Virus record (IMG/VR): IMGVR_UViG_3300020325_000054
Coordinates: 1 to 30,640 of that record
DNA: 30,640 nt
DNA from: a virus
Taxonomy: Duplodnaviria; Caudoviricetes
Strand: one strand, 5' to 3'
Under the pieces are notes generated by a model. The model saw only the letters and a list, made by a program, of their open reading frames with translations. It was not told the origin of the DNA and searched no databases. Position numbers and translations under genes: made by a program. Within the stretch, counting starts at the first letter, position 1. Every line of letters begins with the position of its first letter. This document shows positions 16,520 through 25,500 of the stretch, in pieces.

Positions 16520-19500
16520 TTAGACCTCCTTGAGCCACCAACCTTGTACTCCTGAAGAAACAATTGTTCCATTTGAATCTGTGCCACCAAGGTAGACAAG
16601 GGTAAATCCAGCATTTGGTGTTTGTACAATCAATTCACCAGCAGAATAAGGTGTAGTTCCACCAATACCAATTGTAGTACCAGTAGAATCTCCCTGAACC
16701 CTAGTTCCGATTCCCTGTGCTCTCATGATTAGTGATGTATCATAAGTTAGATTTCCACCAACTTCAATGACAGAAACTGTATCGCCAGATTGAGGATTCT
16801 CTGGTAGATATAGAATTAATGCATCACCTTGATCGACATTTGCAAAATATTGAACATTTGGAGTTAAGAACTTAGCAGAAGGATCAGATCCACTCGCTAC
16901 ATATCTAGCGTGTCTACCACCAGATGATGTATAGAAGTTTGTAAGTCCAAATGCATCAATTGATTGATCTTGGTTTACAGTAAATGTATTAGCACCATTG
17001 GGTCCTAGATTTAAAAGATCAAGTTGTGGTACTTTAGGTGGAATTTCTAATGCTGTACCACGAATGGTTAAACTCTTTCCAGCTAAAACATCACCGTCAA
17101 GATCAACAGAGAATGTTGGACTACATGAGCTGATTGAGTCACTTTCTGGACAAGAAGCAGAGTAGAGTTTAATGTCTCCTCTACCAACAATACCAGCATT
17201 AAATTCAATGTTTCCAGGGTGATCAGCATGACCATCATCATTGTTAACAAACAGAACTGGTGTCTTATTAACAGAATCACTTACAAGAATGCTACCACCA
17301 AGTAATTTAAGATCCTCATTCAGTTTTAGAGATCCAGTTCTATATGGAACATCTCCAACCTGGATAGCATCATTCATTATTGGTGAATGATACTTACCAA
17401 ACAATCCACCATTAACAAAGAACCATTCATCTTTACTATTGTTTCTTACATCAACAAAACGTACCCAGTTGGGGTAATCAAGTTTCTGTTGTACAATATG
17501 ACCGTCACTAATAATTGCTGATACAAAACTACCAGTTCCACTACGAGATCTTAGCTCAATATCATATAAACCAGAACTCTCAGGATGCTTGAGAATTCTT
17601 ATGACACTTGTAGTTGAAGCAGGGTAAACACTCAATCCTTGAGTATTTGTTCCCTCTTGACCAGGCAAACATCTTAAAGTCTTACTTGGTGCATCAATAG
17701 CAGCAATTTTCATGATCTCCCAATTATTGCCAGTCAATCCATTCTGACTAATATCAGAAGTTGCACCAACAATAATTAAATCATCAACAGCAAATTGACC
17801 ATTACCAGTTCCAAGTTCTGCAACTGTTAAATAAGTAGATCCAGCAATAGGACCATTTGCTGCATCTGCATTAAGAGTGGTAGTTGGACCACCTGCGTTA
17901 ATTGTTAGTGGATCTACCCAATAAGAATATACCCTAACATCAGATGTAATATTGTCATATGAAGATACTGTAGTAGAGGGAGTTTCAACATCTGGATATA
18001 CTCTACTAATATCCAATCTCCTTGCCTGATTACCAATTTCAAGTTCAGAGTTGCAAGTATCATAGAAGAAACCAGTTTGTCCTTTGTTGTTAGTGATTAC
18101 AAACTCTTCATTCTTATAAACAATTACCTTTACAGTAAATGTTGCATCAACCTCTAATCTTCTAGTTAATACAATGGTGTTGTTGTCAGTTGCATATCTA
18201 ATCTCCTTGATACGTGTTCTTGGGTAGATACTAAATCTAGTATAGTTCTCGGCAGGATCAAATTTAACTAAATCACCAATTTCAACATTTGCAATATCAG
18301 CATCAGAAATTGCAGTTATGAATTCTGATGCAACATCCTTATAAGTACCAGTGATAGATCCAGTAATTGTTCCACGTATTGGAGAATCACATCCACCATT
18401 GATAGTTAAACCATTATTAATAATGACATCACCCTTAATAGTGGTGTCTCCAGTTACAGAATTAACTATAAACACATCTCCATCAGAAGAATCACAATCA
18501 CCAGAAATTCTAAATTTCTTAGCAACTTGATCGATTAATGTCTTAACTTTAAATACTTCACCTTCATCATCAACACCATCTCCAGATGGAATTCCGTCAT
18601 CACGAGAAATAATTACATAATCTCCAATGGCAATAGTTCCACCAAATTGAGCGAGATAAACATTGTCTTCATTTCCAGAATTATCAATATTTTGAGTAAT
18701 CCAAGTAGAATTAAACTGAACATTACACTTGTAAATCGGTGTAGTATCACTATGATCACTTCTAGTAGAAGTAAATGTTCCAAATGGTAAACGCTCGACT
18801 ACTAAGAAGAATGGAGCAACATTAATTCTTGGTAGAGAGACAACTCTAACAAATTCTGGATGCTGAGCTCCAACTGTAGGTGTATCAATCAATAAAATAT
18901 CATTTTCAGAAATATATTGATCACCTGTTGCAGTAACTGGTTTATTTTTGATCGGTAAGTAATACTGTTCACCAGATAGAGCAGGTAGAACCTGAGGTTG
19001 AATAATTGGTGTTCCACCAATCGTAGTGATTTCATTTTGGAATACAGAACCACCCCAAGTACCGCTACCAGAAGTATCTACAGCATTGTATTCTGCATCA
19101 GCAGTAGTTTTCCTAGCAACACTAATAATATCAACATTAGAGTTGAACAAATTGTTTCCTAGAATGCCACTAGTGTGACTAATTGTGGTAGAACCAATTT
19201 GTCCTCTATCTGCTACAAATGAGTAAGAAGCAACTCCACCACACAAAGTGACATCTGAGTTGAACGTAGCAGTAGAATCAACAATTAGATTATTTCTAAT
19301 TCTTGTATCTCCACCTTGACCAGCAATGGTAATGTCAGAAGCATTGGTAGCAAAATCAATTTTAGTTGTAGCAGAGTTACCAGAGAAAAATTCAACTATA
19401 CCTGCAGTAGTTGACAACTTAACAGTATCAGTAAGACCTCTTCTAGTTCCTAACTGGAAATCTCCAGCAGTTTTGAATGCTTTACTGCCAATTAGGGTAT

Positions 19501-22500
19501 ATGATAAGGTTTCGTTATTATCATATGCACCACCAACTATAATCTGAGAAATGTTACTACTAGTATCAGGAGTATTTCCTAACCAGATATAACTTTCAGT
19601 GGATGCATTTCCAAGATAAGTTCTCTGCTTATCTGTACTAGTATTAAGAACATACAGATCACTTACTTTGTTACCAATATTAAGTGTACCAGTAAATGTA
19701 GAATCTGTAACTAGATTAAATATGCCTGATGTCTGTGATGTTCTAATCTCAGCAGTTACACCATTATCACCATTAACTTCAATGTCATGCTCAAAGCGAG
19801 CATCATCAGTAAATCTAGATAGACCATCAACAACCAATGCTCTGTCTAGTTCAGCATTAGTTACGTTGATACCAACACGACCATTATTTGTAGTTGCAAC
19901 TCTTAGTGTTGCCTCATTGTTTGGAGTTGCACTATCACCACCGACAAGCAATGCATTATTTTCAGCAACTTCAGTTCTGTTACCATATACAGTGTGATCA
20001 AGATAATCAGGAATTGTCTTACCACTAATGAATGCAGTACCAACAACGTCAAGATTTGCACGTGGTGTGGTAAATGGATCAACAAATCCTGTCTTCCATG
20101 CTTCATGCTCAGATCTTGCTACAGTATTGATACCCAACTTATAGTTACCAATAGCAGAAGTTTCAGTTCTTAATGTTTCAGATCCAAGAACTCCAACTTC
20201 CTTCCAGGAAGAGTTGGAGAATTCCATCAATACATTAGGATTGTTAGAAACTTCATTAGACCACAAGCGTGGGTTATCGTTTGCTACATTTCCTCTATTT
20301 TCAAGAATTGCAATCTCGCAACTGGTATCTTCTGGATCAAATCCGTTAGAAAGAATTTGCCAGTTACCATTAAATCCACTATCACTAAAGTTACTAATTC
20401 TAATGTTAGAACCAGAAGTAACACCGACCTGCTTATTCTTAAGATTATTGCCCCAATTAATTTTAATGACAGTGCTGCCATTCATTTGTAGGCTTTCAAT
20501 ATTTGCAGCAGGAATTGCCTGGAAGAAGTTGGCATAAATCCAACCAAGGGATCCAGTAATACCAACTTCATTACCTTTAAGTAGAATATCTCCTGCTAAT
20601 GGTGCTCCTGCATTGCCATATTGTACTGCTTGGAGGGGATCAAGAGCAGTTCCCAATCCAGTGCTATAAAGTGAACTCTGGTTTGGAGTATAGTTAGATC
20701 CTTCATTTCCGACAGCATGGTTCTGGATCTTATATCCTTGTGCAGCACCATTTGAACCACGTGGATTAAACTGGAATACAGAAGCAGCAACTCTGTTCCT
20801 AGCAATAACAATGTCTCCAAATGTATCCTGGTTTAGGAATTGCTGGGTCTTGTCAAGCAAACCATCATCACCATCACTTGGAGAGACATTGGAGATAACA
20901 TTTAAAGCGTAATCTCTTACTCTACCAAGAACATTGATGACAACTGGTGAGTTAAATGTGCTTACCTTATCTTGTTGATCACCACCGTTAACTGTAATAT
21001 TCTCATTGAATGTTACAGGAGTATCAAATGTAGTAACTAGATTACCTACATCTTCAGCATCATCATCAGAATCGACCAATTGTGCAGATTCTAGGAATTC
21101 TTCTTCACCAGTGATAGCATCAATCTTACGGTTACCAATGTATAGGTCACCATTAGAGTTTAGACCAGTGTAGAATACAAGACCACCATCTTGCTTCTTG
21201 GACTGTGCATAGAAGTCCTGAGTTGGAGTCAGAACAATCTCTTGACGAGCAGGAAGACCTGTTGAATAGTTACCAGGACCGAAACCAAGGTATTCAAACG
21301 TATGGTTACCAGCACGGGCAATAGATGGTCTACGTAGTTCAACGTAGAGACGCATATCAGACATTACAGTGCTGTCACCAGCAATAGGAATGCGACGATC
21401 TTCAGAACCAGAAGTTGCGTTACCTTTTTGTGCCTTGATTCTATTATCAACTACAGAAGATACTTGTGTATAAGTATTTCTAGATAATGCTGCCTGAGAA
21501 ATGAAGTCCTCAACCATCTCTCTGGTCATCGAACCCTTAAAGTCGTTAACCGTTACTAAACCATGGGTGTAGTTGTCTGCAGCAGAGTATGTCTGTGGTG
21601 GATCAACAGCATTGACATCCAATTGCTTGAACCAAAGAGGATCGTTCTTGTAGTTCAGTGGATATAGTTTGCTGATTGGTTGAGAGAACTTCATGTTTCT
21701 GAAGTTGCCCTGGTTACCAGCACCAGTTGGGAATGGAGATACATTACCGCGTACAGCAGTTAGATAGTAGATACCATCTTGCTGACCGTAAATACGACGC
21801 TGAATTTCTAAAGAGTCGAAGATGTAGAAGGTATCATCTAGTTCACCAGTATCAGTGACTGACTCAACATAGTATTGAACGTTTGCATCATCAGTGATAA
21901 TGTCACCAGGGGTTACAGTGTAAACTGATGCACCTTTTTGTCTATAGTAATATTCTGGATATCCCTTAGCGATTAGATCCTTGATGTATAGTGACTTACC
22001 AAAGTCAGGATCATTTAATAGATCTGCAAATACGGATCCCTGAGAGAATCTGATGTTATCAAATTCAGAGTAATCAATCTTGCCAGATACACCCTTAATA
22101 ATTAGATGCCACTCTGAAGTTCCAGGAACATTGAGTGCTGCATGTAGATAACCATAACCAGAAGAATTACCAAACCATTCAATTCTATTAGTAGAATCTA
22201 AGGACTGAGTTCTATCAGCAACAAAATTACCACCCTGTGGAGCAGTAATTTTAACTGTAGTGAAGGTCTCATTTAATAGTCCTAGATTTGTAACACCTAA
22301 GTCAAATACATCTAACTCTAGTAATTCATCTCCACTGCTTCCATCAATGAAGTATCTACCAGATTGAATTGTCATTGAGACATAATTTTGTGTCTCAATA
22401 ACCTTGGCATACTGTGTACCACCTACAATATCCCTCTTATAGGGATCATATGCCACTTCTTCATTCAAGCTGTTATCGATAAAATCTTGCTTGGTATAAC

Positions 22501-25500
22501 CAATGACTTCATTTGCCTGAACTGGGTTGAAGAATCTTGCTTTTGTTACAGAACCAGTGACTGGTCTGAGGACAAGTTTCTGTGGCAAGAGTTTTCTAGT
22601 TTCGTCCTTACGAACTTTAATTGAGAATCCATTAATAGGATCACGAACTGCCTGAAGATACTTAGGAATTACATAACGTAGACGATAGATACGCTCATCT
22701 GCTTCTCTTTCATCCTTGATTCTCTCAAACCACGTATCATTGGTCTTATCCTGTCCAGATAGATCGCTATAAGTGTTTTCATGCAATCTAGTTAGAATAT
22801 TGTAAGTATACTGTGGATCGTTAGGATTCTCAGAGTGATTTTCTACCTGTAAATACCACTTACCATAAATTTGAGGTGACGTATCTGGATTTTGATACGT
22901 TGGGTCAAATCGCATTGGCGCTTCACGCTTATCAGCGAATGCTGCAAAGTCATAAGTTCCTGGTTGGAACGTAATTGGATTTACATTAGCAATAGCATCT
23001 GCTTTCGTAGTGTGAATTGTAAATACCTTTTCATTCTGGTATCTTGCCCAGAAAGAAGCATTTTGTTTAATTCTACCATTTGAGTCAGAAACACTAGGAT
23101 CCTGAGCATATGCAGCACCAACGAGTGGTAAAGATCCGCCCTCATTTGCACGGAAGAATACTTGATGTCCTGTGACACTTGCAAAAGGAACATCGAAGAT
23201 ATGAGGAACATCGGTACGAATACCAGAGTTTACAGCAGTATCTAAAATACAATTATATTGATGCAGATCATACTTGTCATCTAGAACAAACTGATAGATA
23301 TCGATCTCAATATCAGGATCAATCGCCTCAACTTCTGATGAGTGAATGTAAATACCAGCAGCAGCATTCTCTTTACTGCTTGCAAGCATCAACTTAGTTT
23401 GGTCACTACCATCAAATGCACCAACTCCAGAATAATCTTCTGGTTTGGTTGTTCTACCAGGAGCAATTACATAATACTTTTCATTAGTATCAAATCCACT
23501 AGGCAATCTAACCTTTCTCTTATCAACATCAACATACTGATTCGTTACTGTATCGTATCTTGGACGTGGTACTAGTCGAACTGGAGTACCAGATTCTAGA
23601 TTGTGTGGGTTGGTTCCAGTAGAATCTCTAAGTGTCCAAACTGTTGCTCTAGAAGCAAGTTCAGTTGTTAATTGTGTTGGTTCATTTCTAGGAACAGTAT
23701 TGAGACCTGTCTGAATAATAGTTGTGATGTTAGCAAAATACTGACGGATAGCAGATGCTTGATCAGCACACTCTGGATACGTAGTATGTTGAGTAATCGT
23801 CTCGTCTACCGTTGGACTAAACTCAGATGTGTATGTTCCAGATGTAAGAGTAAAGTATAGATACAGATTGCTACTCGTAGCATTAGCATTGACTGATGGT
23901 CCAAATGCTAATCCAAGAGGAGCTTCCTGTCTTTCAATCGACTCAAGATATCCAGAATTAGTGATAGTATCAGTAAGAATCTTAAACAAAGTTGTAATAG
24001 CAGATGCTACATTTTGACAAGATCCATTTGATATGGTTCTTCCAACTGAAGAAAGTGTGCTAGGAGTAATTACAGCATCCTGAACAATTGTGAACAGAGT
24101 GTTGATAGTTGATCTCACATCCTCACAAGATCCTACAGACACTGTTCTTGGAACACCAGCAAGAGTACCAGGAGTAGTAATTGCATTAGTTACAATGGTA
24201 GTAAGAGTTGTTAATGCATCTCTCACATCATTACAAGGTCCTGCAGATACTGTTCTAGTAACACTATAGAGTGTGCTGCCAGCAGAAATAGTATTTGTTA
24301 ATAATTGTACCAAAGAAGCAATTGTAGTTGCTTGATCAACACATGCAGGATTATTGGTGTCTGTAGTAATTGTGTTGTCAAATGTTTGAGAAAGTGATGT
24401 ATAGCTACCAGCAGTAACAGTTTCATTTCTCATGACTTCAATCATCAAATCTCTTGCTTCATTGAAAGCATATAGAGTTTGTGTTTCTTCACCAGAAACA
24501 TGCTGACCAGTTGCATAAAGATTTGCAGCGTCCCAGGTGCGATCGTTTCCACCAAATGCCAGGTTGTGTGCAACAACTTCAATGATATCTTTAATATCAT
24601 CAATACAATCAGTATCATTGTTAGTAGGAACAGCAAATGTTGGATACTGATTCTTCATTCTACCAAAAGCAACTTCAGCGATGAAGTTTTTGTTAGATAG
24701 AATTAGATCCTTGGCATCAGCTGATTTATTGTTGACAGGTGTGGCAATATTATCAGTAATTGTATTGTCAAACGTTTGTGTATGACCATGAGAACCTACT
24801 TTGAGAACCTTTTCATTTCTCAGCACTTGAATCATAATGTCACGAGCATAATCAAGAGCATCAACTGTCTGAACTTCTTCACCAGCTACATGAGCTCCCT
24901 GGACATATAGATTAGACATGTCCCAGACACGATCATTTCCACCAAATGCAAGGTTATATGATACTTCCTCGACAAAATCTTGAATATCATCAATACAATC
25001 TAGAGGATTGCCAGTTGGTACAGAGAATCCAGGATGTTCTGCAAGCATTCTTGCATATGCTTCATATGCAATTAAACTCTTGTTTGCTAAAATTAAATCT
25101 CTAGCATCACCATTGCGGTCAACTACTGGATCAGGAATATCATATGTAATTGTTGTGTCATAGGTTTGTGTTAAACCATGAGATCCTATAGAAAGAATCT
25201 TCTGATTTCTCATTACCTGAGCAGCCATCTCTTTTGCTTGCTCAAAGACATAATTGGTCTCTGCTTCTTCACCTGCTACGTGAGCACCATGAACATATGA
25301 ATATGCAGCATCCCACGTCTTATCGTTGCCACCATATGCAACGTTATCTGCAACTGCTTCTAGAAGATCTACAACGTCATCAATACAGTTCTGATTACCA
25401 CCAGCAACAGTGAATGAAGGGTAAACCGCAAGCATTCTAGCAACCGCTTCTGCCGCGATTAGATCCTTGTTAGCAAGAATCAAGTTACGAGCATCACCAT